From Planctomycetota bacterium (GTDB taxonomy: Bacteria; Planctomycetota; MHYJ01; JACQXL01), in contig JACRIK010000027.1 in assembly GCA_016235865.1 (NCBI GenBank), positions 26,213 to 90,212 on the forward strand: 64,000 nucleotides of DNA, written 5' to 3'. Positions within the stretch are counted from its first letter, which is position 1; every line of letters starts with the position of its first letter. Positions 8,290 through 17,420 of this stretch are shown here, piece after piece. Both the position numbers and the translations under genes were made by a program. The notes beneath the pieces were generated by a model that made no database searches, was not told the DNA's origin, and worked only from the letters and a program-made list of their open reading frames with translations.

Positions 8290-11200
8290 TTAATGAACCG
8301 GGGTATTCATTGATTCCTGTGCCTGCCGGACAAAGGCCTCCAGGCGCATCTCCTCGCCCGGATTCTTGATGCCGTCCACGGTCATGGTCAGTACCGGAAT
8401 GTTGTATTCGTCCTTGAAGCGCTTGAGCAGGGCGGTGACGATATTGCCGGGCATGCAGCCGAAGGGAATAATATTGAGGATGCCGTTGAATCCGGCGTGG
8501 GCGTATTCCTCGGCCCGGCCCAGGCTCAGGACCGCCTCGCCTCTCAGGGCCGGTTCAATATAGGCCGAGCCGTGTTTGACCACCACCGAGGTCGGCGATT
8601 CATAGTGGAAATGCCGGATTTTTCCCTTGAAATGCTTCTTGATTTTATTCGCCTCGCGTTCCTGGAAGACCAGGGTGACTTTCTGCTTGATGAAACTCAA
8701 ATAGTCATTCTTGAGCAGGAAATCCTCTTCCCGGAGATAATCGATGTAATCCAGCCACTCCTCAAAAGGCGGCAGGGCCACCTCGGCGCCCAGCTCTTCC
8801 ATTTTAGCCACCGCGTGGTTGTTGGTGAAGGGATTGCTGCGCACGTAGATTTCGCCGATGACGCCGATCTTCGGCTTGGGCTTGGAATAATCGGTCTTGA
8901 TTTTGTCAAACCGCTTGATGGCGTCTTTGGTAAAGCCCTCGATATCGCCGTTCTCTTTGGGCGCGGACTCAATGAATTTCTGGAGACTCTGGAATGTCTC
9001 CGCATAAACCCGGTTGGTCTCGCCCTTGGTCGTTTCATAAGGCCGGGTTTCCCGGGCTAATTTCTGGAGCAGGTCCAGCAGCACCAGCCCGCGCCAGACG
9101 TTTTTCTTGAATTTGGCCGAACCGAGCACCGCCATATCCTTATGGAAATTGGCGGTTTGGTCAAAGGTCACTATGGGCACGTCATTTAAGCCCACCTCGT
9201 CCAGCACCATCCGGTGCAGTTTGTTATACTGGCCGAACCGGCAGGGTCCTTTGGCCGAAGGCATGAAAAAGGCGCTGCGGGCCGGCTTAAAATCCGGAAG
9301 CCGGCTCTGCTTGATAATATCGCCGGTGGTGATGATGCTCGGGAAGCACTCACGACCTGAGGTGTATTTCCGGCCGATAATCAGGCTCTCGTCATCGGAC
9401 GGCGGCAAGGCCTGTGAATCTATGCCGGCCGACCTGAATGCGGCCGCTATGACAAATCCGTGGTCATCCATATAAGGGATATAGATAGTCCGGGAATCGC
9501 GCGGCAGGGCCGCCAGCGATACAGTGGCCGACGGATGGCTGCTGGTGGTGGCCAGGTTCCGGGCGTGCTTTATCGTATCGATGAACGCCTCGCACCGGGT
9601 CTGCATTCCCACGTCCGCGCTGTGCTCGTCTATTTCCAGAGACAGGTAGGGCTTGCCGTGCATCTCCTTCTCGAAGAACTTGGTGATGTAGGAATCCGGC
9701 CCGCAGTTGAAGTTAGTCAGGTAGACCGCAAACAGGTTTTTAGTCCGTCCGATATAGCGGGCCGCGGCCAGGATTTTCTGGCCGGACCGCCAGTACATAT
9801 ACGGATAATCCCGGCCGATTTCCTCGCCCATGGCTTTCATCGGCAGGAAGTCAATCGGGATGACCGTCATGCCCAGCTTGCGCAGTTTCTCAGCCAGATT
9901 GAGATTCAGGCCGGTGTCATAACTGTTGTAGGAACGGGTCAGCAGCACCAGGGCCGGCGCGTTCCCGGCCAGGACCTCCTGGCCGCGTTCAACCTGCCAG
10001 CGGTCGAACCGCTCCTGGGCATCAAAGGCCCGCTCCATGCAGCGCTCGACATTATTCGTGTGGTGCTCGATGGACTTGGCTATCTTCTTTAAGGTTTTTT
10101 CTATTTCCTTCCGGCCCCGGTCCATATAAAATACCGGCCGGATGATTTTAGTATTGTATTTCTTATAATCAATGGCGCTCCGGGTGGTATCCGGCAATGC
10201 CTGGATATAAGGGCAGTTGTACGAACGGTCAAAGTGTTTGCTCAGGGGCGGCATATTCACCTGGAACGGGATAAACAGATAGTCAATGCCCTTTTCCAGG
10301 ACGTTAATGATATGGCCGTGCGCGGTCTTTATCGGGAAGCACGGCTCAGCCACCACGTTCTCCACGCCCTTCTTGATGACCGCCCGGTTGGTGTCGTCGG
10401 ATAAGACTATCTCCAGCCCCAGCTCCGAGAAGAAGGTATGCCAGAGCGGATACAGGTCGTAGAAGACCGAGATGCGCGGAATGCCGATTCTGGGTTTGGC
10501 GGCCTGTCCCTCCTTGTGGACGGGTAAAGTGTCCGCCTGCAGCAGCATCTTCTGGCGTTCCCTGAAGAAGTTGGGCGACTTGGCCCTCAAGTGCTGGGCC
10601 GATTGCTTGTCTTCGGTATCGTCGTATTTCCCGCAGCGCGAGCCGTAGTGCAGGGTTTTGGCCTTGGACTGCTCCCCGCTGAACTTGACCCGGTGTATCT
10701 CGCAGTTGTTCGGGCAATCCGTGCACTCAAACGATGATGATTCATATTGGATATGTTTCAGGTCGAAACCCTTGAATTTGGTTTTATAATCGCTGGTCTC
10801 TCTTTCCTCTTTAGCCATGATGGCCGCGCCGACCGCGCCCAGGATATCGTGATGGGGCGGGACAATCACCTTTTTTCCGGTCACCTGCTCAAAGGCGTTC
10901 TTGACCGCCCGGTTAAAGGCCACGCCGCCTTGGAAAAATATATGCTCGCCGACCTTGCGCTTTTCCACCACCTTGTTGAGATAATTCTCCACAATGGAAT
11001 AAGCCAGGCCGGAAATCAGGTCGTCCTTGGCCACGCCCAGCTGTTTGTAATAATTCAACTGCGATTCCACAAAGACCGTGCAGCGCTCGCCCAGCGAGCA
11101 CGGGCCGCCCGAGCAGAATGCCCGCTCGGCGAATTCCTGGTTAATCTTGATAGCCAGTTTTTCGGCCTGCTCTTCCAGGAACGAGCCGGTGCCGGCCGCG

Positions 11201-12540
11201 CAGACCTTGTTCATGGTGAAATCCACCACCACGCCGTCTTTGAGCGAGATGTATTTGGAATCCTGGCCGCCGATTTCAAAGATGGTATCCACCCGCGGGT
11301 CAGCCGCCACGGCCGCCCGGGCGTGGCTGGTAATCTCGTTCTTGATGACGTCCGCGCCGAAGAATTCGCCGGTCAGATGACGGCCTGAGCCGGTCGAGCC
11401 GGCGCCTTTGATGATGACCTTATCAGCAATCTCGGTCCCGACCTCAAGCAGACCCTGGCGCACCGCCTCGATGGGCTTGCCGGCCGTCATCAGGTAGCGC
11501 CGGGACAGAACGTTGTTGTTATTATCAATCACCACTACGTTGGTGGAAATGGAACCCACGTCCACCCCGACATAGGCCTCAATCTTGGCGCCCGGCTTAG
11601 TCGGATACGGTTCGACCCGGATGGTGTAGTCGTCGTTCTTGAGCGGCGCCAGTTTCTGGATGTCTAACTTGCGCTCGGACAGGTAGCGTTCCAAATCGCT
11701 GATAATCCGGGCCGGGCCGATGGGCATGCCCTTGATGCGCCGGGGCCGGTAAGAATGGGCCAGGGATAGGACCGAGCCGATGGCGCCCATAAAGGCAAAA
11801 TGCTCCGGTACGATGATGTCCTTTTCATCTATCTGGAGGATTTCCCGGAAGGCCCGAATCATGCCCTGATTGGCGGCCACGCCGCCCTGGAAGGCGATGG
11901 GCTTTTCTATATTAATCCCCTTGGCAATGCTGCTCTTAAAATTACGGGCCATGGCAAAGCACAGGCCGGCCAGGATATCGCCGATGGATGTGCCGACCTG
12001 CTGGAGATGAATCATATCGCTCTTGGCAAAGACGCTGCACCGGGCCGCCACGGTGGACGGATGTTTGGAATTCAGGGCCTCCCGACCCACGTCTTCTATC
12101 TTGATACCCATGCGCGAGGCCTGCTGGTCCAGGAACGAGCCGGTGCCGGCCGCGCAGGCCGAATTGGTGGCGAAATCAGTCACCCGGACTGCCTTTCCGT
12201 AATAAGAATCTACCTTGATGACCTTGGCATCCTCGCCGCCGATTTCAATGATGGTCTTGACTTTGGGGTAGAGCGTGCTGGTGCCGGTGGCCTGAGCGGT
12301 AATTTCATTGACAAAGGCCGCGTTGGTGAAGGTGGCCAGGTTCTTGCCGCCCGTGCCGGTGGTGGCGATGAACTCGATGTATTCCGGATTATGCCGGGTA
12401 AAGACATCCTTGAGAACGGCCAGCGTGGTCTCAAAGGGCTGGCCGTGCGAGCGGACGTATTGGGTCTCTTTGATCTTCAGGTCGCCATCCAGCACCACCA
12501 CCTTGACGGCCACAGAACCGATGTCAATGCCTAAATACAT
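8290..12540 (-). CDS. 1416-aa fusion of two BadF/BadG/BcrA/BcrD-type ATPase (CoA-substrate-specific enzyme activase, HgdC-like) domains to a C-terminal 2-hydroxyacyl-CoA dehydratase D-component-like (HgdB/DUF2229-like) domain
   Basis: Two ASKHA-fold starts (MYLGIDIGSVAVKVVVLDG and EAYVGVDVGSISTNVVVID), conserved Cys pairs (CAAGTGSFL twice) and a C-terminal segment RIGIPRISVFYDLYPLWHTFF typical of the dehydratase family. Confidence 0.8.
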   Translation of the reverse strand: MYLGIDIGSVAVKVVVLDGDLKIKETQYVRSHGQPFETTLAVLKDVFTRHNPEYIEFIATTGTGGKNLATFTNAAFVNEITAQATGTSTLYPKVKTIIEIGGEDAKVIKVDSYYGKAVRVTDFATNSACAAGTGSFLDQQASRMGIKIEDVGREALNSKHPSTVAARCSVFAKSDMIHLQQVGTSIGDILAGLCFAMARNFKSSIAKGINIEKPIAFQGGVAANQGMIRAFREILQIDEKDIIVPEHFAFMGAIGSVLSLAHSYRPRRIKGMPIGPARIISDLERYLSERKLDIQKLAPLKNDDYTIRVEPYPTKPGAKIEAYVGVDVGSISTNVVVIDNNNNVLSRRYLMTAGKPIEAVRQGLLEVGTEIADKVIIKGAGSTGSGRHLTGEFFGADVIKNEITSHARAAVAADPRVDTIFEIGGQDSKYISLKDGVVVDFTMNKVCAAGTGSFLEEQAEKLAIKINQEFAERAFCSGGPCSLGERCTVFVESQLNYYKQLGVAKDDLISGLAYSIVENYLNKVVEKRKVGEHIFFQGGVAFNRAVKNAFEQVTGKKVIVPPHHDILGAVGAAIMAKEERETSDYKTKFKGFDLKHIQYESSSFECTDCPNNCEIHRVKFSGEQSKAKTLHYGSRCGKYDDTEDKQSAQHLRAKSPNFFRERQKMLLQADTLPVHKEGQAAKPRIGIPRISVFYDLYPLWHTFFSELGLEIVLSDDTNRAVIKKGVENVVAEPCFPIKTAHGHIINVLEKGIDYLFIPFQVNMPPLSKHFDRSYNCPYIQALPDTTRSAIDYKKYNTKIIRPVFYMDRGRKEIEKTLKKIAKSIEHHTNNVERCMERAFDAQERFDRWQVERGQEVLAGNAPALVLLTRSYNSYDTGLNLNLAEKLRKLGMTVIPIDFLPMKAMGEEIGRDYPYMYWRSGQKILAAARYIGRTKNLFAVYLTNFNCGPDSYITKFFEKEMHGKPYLSLEIDEHSADVGMQTRCEAFIDTIKHARNLATTSSHPSATVSLAALPRDSRTIYIPYMDDHGFVIAAAFRSAGIDSQALPPSDDESLIIGRKYTSGRECFPSIITTGDIIKQSRLPDFKPARSAFFMPSAKGPCRFGQYNKLHRMVLDEVGLNDVPIVTFDQTANFHKDMAVLGSAKFKKNVWRGLVLLDLLQKLARETRPYETTKGETNRVYAETFQSLQKFIESAPKENGDIEGFTKDAIKRFDKIKTDYSKPKPKIGVIGEIYVRSNPFTNNHAVAKMEELGAEVALPPFEEWLDYIDYLREEDFLLKNDYLSFIKQKVTLVFQEREANKIKKHFKGKIRHFHYESPTSVVVKHGSAYIEPALRGEAVLSLGRAEEYAHAGFNGILNIIPFGCMPGNIVTALLKRFKDEYNIPVLTMTVDGIKNPGEEMRLEAFVRQAQESMNTPVH

Positions 12541-12764
12541 AGTTCAATCAAGTAAAGAGTTCACTGTTCTCTATGATAAAGGAATGGTGATATTAGCAGG
12601 TTAGCGGAGAAATGTCAAGAAGTTTGTAAAGAAGATAACACGAATCTCAGAGCTTTTGCCTTTAATAGGGATATGGCTATACATATTGTCGACAGGGTAT
12701 TACCCCCTCCGAACTACGTTCTATATTACTTGTGGTTTCCCATATTTCTTGATAAGATGTTCGT

Positions 12765-13580
12765 ATGGTAAGAACATCCTGCGAGCGGTATTACGACCGG
12801 GTGGCCGGGAGATACGATGATTCCTACCAGACCCCATACTGGGAGTTCTATAACGCCGTGACCTGGCATAATCTCAAACGCTTCCTGCCCCGGCTGACCG
12901 GACGCCAGGTGCTGGATATCGGCGGCGGTACCGGACTCTGGGCCCTGAAACTGGCTAAGTCCGGCTATGAAGTTACCTGTGCGGACATCTCCCAGAAAAT
13001 GCTGGATAAGGCCAAAGATAAGGCCGAACAAGCCGGATTCAGCTCAAAGATTACCTTCGTCAAGGCCGACATCTGCGACTTAACTCAATTTCAACCAGAT
13101 TCCTTTGATTTAGTAATAGCCCAGGGCGACCCGCTGTCCTGTTGCGCTGATGCCCGTCAGGCCGTTAAAGAGGTCTGGCGTGTGCTTAAGCCCAAGGGAT
13201 TATTCATCGCCTCGGTGGACAACAAGTTCGGCGGCATGCGGGTCTTCGTTAACCAGGGCGCTATTGATGAGCTGGAACAGTTCGTCAAAACCGGACAGAC
13301 CAACTGGTTCACCAAGAATGAGGCCGAACAATACCCAATTACCTATTTTACGCCGGATGGGTTGCGGAAGTTATTTGCCCAGAACGGGTTTGAGATGCAG
13401 TCTTTAATCGGCAAGGTGGTTCTGCCTCTGAATTCCACCAGTGAGATTTTCAAGGACAGGAACATGTTTGACCGGTTGCTGAAACTGGAACTGAAACTCC
13501 ACGCCGAAGAGGTTCTGCTGGGCTCAGCCGGGCATCTGGAAATCACGGGAAGAAAAGCAACCGCAGATAAACACGGATAA
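12765..13580 (+). CDS. Class I SAM-dependent methyltransferase, 271 aa
   Basis: Motif I VLDIGGGTGLWALKLA, followed by an acidic residue (CADIS). Confidence 0.75.
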   Translation: MVRTSCERYYDRVAGRYDDSYQTPYWEFYNAVTWHNLKRFLPRLTGRQVLDIGGGTGLWALKLAKSGYEVTCADISQKMLDKAKDKAEQAGFSSKITFVKADICDLTQFQPDSFDLVIAQGDPLSCCADARQAVKEVWRVLKPKGLFIASVDNKFGGMRVFVNQGAIDELEQFVKTGQTNWFTKNEAEQYPITYFTPDGLRKLFAQNGFEMQSLIGKVVLPLNSTSEIFKDRNMFDRLLKLELKLHAEEVLLGSAGHLEITGRKATADKHG

Positions 13581-13584
13581 ACCA

Positions 13585-13656
13585 CTGAGAAATGTAACCA
13601 CAGATTACGCTGATTACACAGATTTTAATCAGAGGAATCTGTGGTTAAAAGTATTT
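13585..13656. terminator. Hairpin between convergent genes (aaccacagat ... atctgtggtt stem), a candidate bidirectional terminator built from the octamer repeat family
   Basis: Perfect 10-bp inverted repeat around a loop of about 45 nt that itself contains cacagatt units. Confidence 0.4.
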
Positions 13657-13658
13657 CA

Positions 13659-14174
13659 TTACCTATCAAAATAGATATTTTTCCCGGTGGCCGAGAGCGG
13701 GATGCCGATAACCACATCCGCGTCAATGAGTTTCATCTGCCGGGCCAGGACGCCGACCCGGTACATTATCCGATTATCCGCATTGAGCAGTCCGGCGGTC
13801 TTGACCGCGCTACCCAGGGCAATGCCCAAATCCATCAGCCGGTAGGCGCAGTGCGGGCCTTTGAATTCCGGACCGGCTTTTGCCTTGGGTAATTTAGCGC
13901 ATTGGTCATAACCGCAGGCGCCGCAATTCAGCCCGATGCTTTTGGAGTCCTTAATGCCAATCAGGACCAGGGCCTCGGATTTCCGGATGCCGGCGCTGTC
14001 CCGGTCGAAGTTCTTCTTGCCGGTCTTAGCGCCGTAGGCCAGCATAGCGCCAGCCAGCTTGGTCAAGGTAGCGCCTTCGACTATTTCTATCCTGATGAAA
14101 TCCTGTCCAAGACCCTTGGGCGCGGTCCGGGCCGCTACGGCCATCAGTTCGGCTATGGTTTTTAGGTAATTCAT
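13659..14174 (-). CDS. Small Cys-motif protein, 171 aa, DUF2148-like (ferredoxin-like CGACGYDQC ... C)
   Basis: CxxCxxxxC plus a distal Cys (HCAYRL). The family assignment rests on memory of the DUF2148 architecture and is uncertain. Confidence 0.45.
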   Translation of the reverse strand: MNYLKTIAELMAVAARTAPKGLGQDFIRIEIVEGATLTKLAGAMLAYGAKTGKKNFDRDSAGIRKSEALVLIGIKDSKSIGLNCGACGYDQCAKLPKAKAGPEFKGPHCAYRLMDLGIALGSAVKTAGLLNADNRIMYRVGVLARQMKLIDADVVIGIPLSATGKNIYFDR

Positions 14175-14180
14175 AATGCT

Positions 14181-15515
14181 TTATTCATCGGATATTTTAG
14201 CGAAGACGACCTCGTGTCCGGCCCGGAGCAGTTTCTTGGCGTCTTCGTCGCATCTCAAGACCTTTTTGTAGAGCACGTCGCCCAAGATCTCGGCTTTGGC
14301 TTCCCGGTCTTCCTTGCTCAGGAAATAAGAGCCGACGGTGTCGTCCGAACAGCAGGAGCCGTCGCTTTCGTATTTCAGGGTCATGTCATAGCCCTGGTCC
14401 AGGACTTTTTGGGCGTTGGGGAACCAGTCATAGTCCTTGGCGCCCAGGTCGGCGTTGATGGCGATATGCGCGGTCAGGGACAGGTTCTTAATTTTCATTG
14501 TTTTGACCATATCTTTACAGGCCATAAATTTCTCGGCGTTAATCGCATTGCCCAGATTGATTTCCCGGACCGGCGTGGAGCCGTCCCGGCGCTTGAATTC
14601 CTTGAGGATGCCCAGCAAGACCCGGAATTGGATGAGGTTGTGCAGTCCCATAAAGCAGGAGATTTTAAATGACAGGTTGGGGATGTCATATCCGTAATAA
14701 CAGCCGGCGGCAATGGTGGACCAGCTGGGATTGAGGAAGAAGTTGTTGCCGGTTTCCAGGGCGGTTCGGGTGATGCTGTCCAGATAGACCAGATGGTTGT
14801 CGTTGCCGACCTCGATGCCGCATAAGTTTCCGAAGACGGTGCCCATATTGTTCATCCGGAGTTGTTTCATGTTGCTGCCCAGGTCGAGCGTATCCAGAGC
14901 CGCGCCGGTAATCTTTTTGATGCGGTCGAACCGGTGGGCCGGCAGGGGCACGCCCAGCAGCGAGGTAGAGCAGAATTTTCCGCCCATGATGTTTTCACAC
15001 ATTATCAGGGTGGCCAGCAAATCGCCGCCATAGACGTATTCCTCGGTCAGGGGCATGACCGAAATCATCTCGTTGGGCAGGAAGACTGAGCCGTTGTCGG
15101 CCAGCCGCTTCATACAGTTATGGGTGACCTTGTAACCCTGCCAGGCCGAGACCTGGGTGGTGGCAATGCCTTTCCGGAGCACCCGGATATTATTTTTCTT
15201 GTTGAAGGTGCCCGCCTTGGGGAATGATTTGGCGAACTCCTCGGCTTCCTGGATGAATTTACCGAATCCCTTTTTATCGGCGGTCTTCCGGCGCGAGGCA
15301 TAGTCCCGTTTGACCTCAATGGTCTTGACGATTTTCTTGGCTCCGCCGTAGGATGATTTGAGTTTATCAATGGCCTTCATTTCCGGGTTGCTCAAGTACG
15401 ATGTTTTCATAAGATGCATCCTTTTCTTACGGACTGTTAAATCTTTGGTTGTTATGACCTTAGGAGTCCCGCAGGGACAGTCCGTTAAACCCCGCATAAT
15501 TGCGGGGTCATCCAT
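14181..15515 (-). CDS. Hypothetical Cys-rich protein, 444 aa, family not recognised
   Basis: Long ORF with a 7-nt gap to the previous gene. Cys motifs CPCGTP (N-terminal), CGIEVGNDNH and GSCCSDD (C-terminal). Confidence 0.5.
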   Translation of the reverse strand: MDDPAIMRGLTDCPCGTPKVITTKDLTVRKKRMHLMKTSYLSNPEMKAIDKLKSSYGGAKKIVKTIEVKRDYASRRKTADKKGFGKFIQEAEEFAKSFPKAGTFNKKNNIRVLRKGIATTQVSAWQGYKVTHNCMKRLADNGSVFLPNEMISVMPLTEEYVYGGDLLATLIMCENIMGGKFCSTSLLGVPLPAHRFDRIKKITGAALDTLDLGSNMKQLRMNNMGTVFGNLCGIEVGNDNHLVYLDSITRTALETGNNFFLNPSWSTIAAGCYYGYDIPNLSFKISCFMGLHNLIQFRVLLGILKEFKRRDGSTPVREINLGNAINAEKFMACKDMVKTMKIKNLSLTAHIAINADLGAKDYDWFPNAQKVLDQGYDMTLKYESDGSCCSDDTVGSYFLSKEDREAKAEILGDVLYKKVLRCDEDAKKLLRAGHEVVFAKISDE

Positions 15516-15524
15516 TTCTATACA

Positions 15525-16508
15525 TTAATCCGCCACTTTCCACTGGGCGCCTCCGGGACCGATTATCGAAATAGGATTAGGGCCGGGCCATTGGAGGACT
15601 GTTTTACTTTGGTTGCTGCCCGGGTCGACTTCATAAATTGTGCCGCTTTCATCTACAATAAATGTTTTTGTGCCGGTTTTTCCGTACGTTTCCGGATAGG
15701 CGACAAAGGCGAACCTGGTCTGGTTGGCGGCCGGGATACCGGCCACCATTTCCTGGTTATAGGATTCCCCGGCCTCATCCTCGGACATGGCCTCGAACAA
15801 ATAGCCATATTTGGGCTGAACCTTGGCGCTGAGCCGTTGGGCTAATTTGCTATTCTCGAATATGCTGACATCGGCCGGAGAGGCATCGGCATTGGCCAGG
15901 TCAACGGAAATAAACTCGCATTTGGTCCGCCCGTCAGCTCGGAGCATCCGATACAGGCCGGAGACGTCATAGGTCCAATAATCCCGTATGCCATTGCCGT
16001 CCGCGTCCTGCTGGCGCCATAAGGCTTCGGCCGCAACTATTGCCCTGAGCGAGGCAACCGCGGATATCTCGTTGGCGGATATCCGGCTGCCCAGCAGGTC
16101 GGGCGCTAGCGCTTCCGACGAGAAAAGATTGTCCATTTCACCGGCTGATTTATCGATGCCCAGCTTTTGGGACTCCAATTCCTTTAGCACGCCGGTATGA
16201 TATGTTTCCCTGGCGGCTTGACGGCCGGTCATCAGATTGGGAATGGCAATAGCGGCGATGAGGACGATGGGCATCAGCACAAAGGCCAATCCGCCCAGGA
16301 CAATACCGGCAATGGCCTTGCCTTTGCCGGTCAGCAATCCCTTGGCGGCGTTAATCTTTACCAGGGCAATGATGCCGAAGATGATGGCCAGTAAAGAGGG
16401 AATGACTATCACGCACAGGATCAGGCCCGTGATGCCCAGGACCAAACTCCAGGTGGCGAATCCGCAGGATTGTGGTTTCGCGGCGGTATCGGTCTTTATC
16501 TCTTCCAT
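15525..16508 (-). CDS. Membrane protein, 327 aa: DUF4190-like N-terminal anchor followed by a type IV pilin/pseudopilin-like helix (AIAIPNLM) and a globular domain
   Basis: N-terminus AAKPQSCGFATWSLVLGITG ... KGKGKAIAGI, then ...LIAAIAIPNLMTGRQAARE resembling the mature pilin N-terminus but lacking a prepilin cleavage site. Confidence 0.6.
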   Translation of the reverse strand: MEEIKTDTAAKPQSCGFATWSLVLGITGLILCVIVIPSLLAIIFGIIALVKINAAKGLLTGKGKAIAGIVLGGLAFVLMPIVLIAAIAIPNLMTGRQAARETYHTGVLKELESQKLGIDKSAGEMDNLFSSEALAPDLLGSRISANEISAVASLRAIVAAEALWRQQDADGNGIRDYWTYDVSGLYRMLRADGRTKCEFISVDLANADASPADVSIFENSKLAQRLSAKVQPKYGYLFEAMSEDEAGESYNQEMVAGIPAANQTRFAFVAYPETYGKTGTKTFIVDESGTIYEVDPGSNQSKTVLQWPGPNPISIIGPGGAQWKVAD

Positions 16509-16545
16509 AATAGAAATCTTCTCCTTTAAGCAAGAGTTCTGTTAA

Positions 16546-17406
16546 TCAGTAACTCTCCCTAACCCTCCATTGCCTACCTCCGGGACCATATTCCTCACAT
16601 GGGTTTATGCCGGGCCATTGGAGGACTGTTTTCTGGCTATCACTTCCGCAATCAGTGCAATAGATAGTGCCTTCCTGATTAACAATATAAGTGTTTACGC
16701 CGGTTGTCCCATATGTTGCCGGATAGGCGACAAAGGCGAACTTGGTCTGGTTGGCGGCGGGGATGCCGTCCACCATTTCCTGGCCATAGGGCTGCCCGTT
16801 TGACTCTAATTCCATCGCTCTGAATAAATAGCCGTTCTTAGGCATTGAGCTTAGTTCCGGTAAGTCTGTAATCCGGAAATATGTATTGCCGAAGACGTCT
16901 GACCGGGCCGGATTAATATCTGCTCTGGCCAAATCAATGGGTATGAAAGCAACCTCGGTGGCATTATCTGGGCGTAGCGCCCGGTAAAAGCAGGAGACAT
17001 CATAGGTCCAATAATCCATTGCGCCATTGCCATCCGCGTCCTGCTGGCGCCATAAGGCTTCGGCAGAAGTCATCAATTTTAACGAGGCAGCAGCAGATGC
17101 CTCGTTGGCGGATATCCGGCCGCTCAGCAGATTGGGAATGGCAATAGCGGCCACGATGGCAATAAAGGGTATCATTACTACCCAAAGCCCGCCCAGGATG
17201 ATACCGGCAATGGCCTTGCCTTTGCCGACCAGCAGACCCTTGCTGTTGCCGATTTTGACCAGGGCCACGATGCCGAAGATTACGGCTAGTATAGAGGGAA
17301 TGATTAGCACGCACAGGACCAGGCCCGTGATGCCCAGGACCAAACTCCAGGTAGCCAGCCCGCAGGATTGTGGTTTCGCGGCGGTGTCGGTTGTTATCTC
17401 TCTCAT
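16546..17406 (-). CDS. Tandem paralog (286 aa) of the preceding DUF4190/pilin-like membrane protein
   Basis: The N-terminal 100 aa are nearly identical to 15525..16508 at protein and DNA level. It shares the WRQQDADGNG ... DYWTYDVS motif. Confidence 0.6.
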   Translation of the reverse strand: MREITTDTAAKPQSCGLATWSLVLGITGLVLCVLIIPSILAVIFGIVALVKIGNSKGLLVGKGKAIAGIILGGLWVVMIPFIAIVAAIAIPNLLSGRISANEASAAASLKLMTSAEALWRQQDADGNGAMDYWTYDVSCFYRALRPDNATEVAFIPIDLARADINPARSDVFGNTYFRITDLPELSSMPKNGYLFRAMELESNGQPYGQEMVDGIPAANQTKFAFVAYPATYGTTGVNTYIVNQEGTIYCTDCGSDSQKTVLQWPGINPCEEYGPGGRQWRVRESY

Positions 17407-17420
17407 AGATACCTCCTTCT

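Noticed and set aside
8366-12604. Plus-strand ORFs (8497..9060, 9460..10092, 10747..11388, 11800..12534 and others) inside the 1416-aa activase gene
   Set aside because: They are antisense to a long, well-supported CDS, GC-rich frames with no stops are expected, and the products are low-complexity Arg/Gly/Ala-rich.
12726-13031. Minus-strand 101-aa ORF overlapping the start of the SAM methyltransferase gene
   Set aside because: It is antisense to a CDS with clear methyltransferase motifs and its product has no recognisable features.
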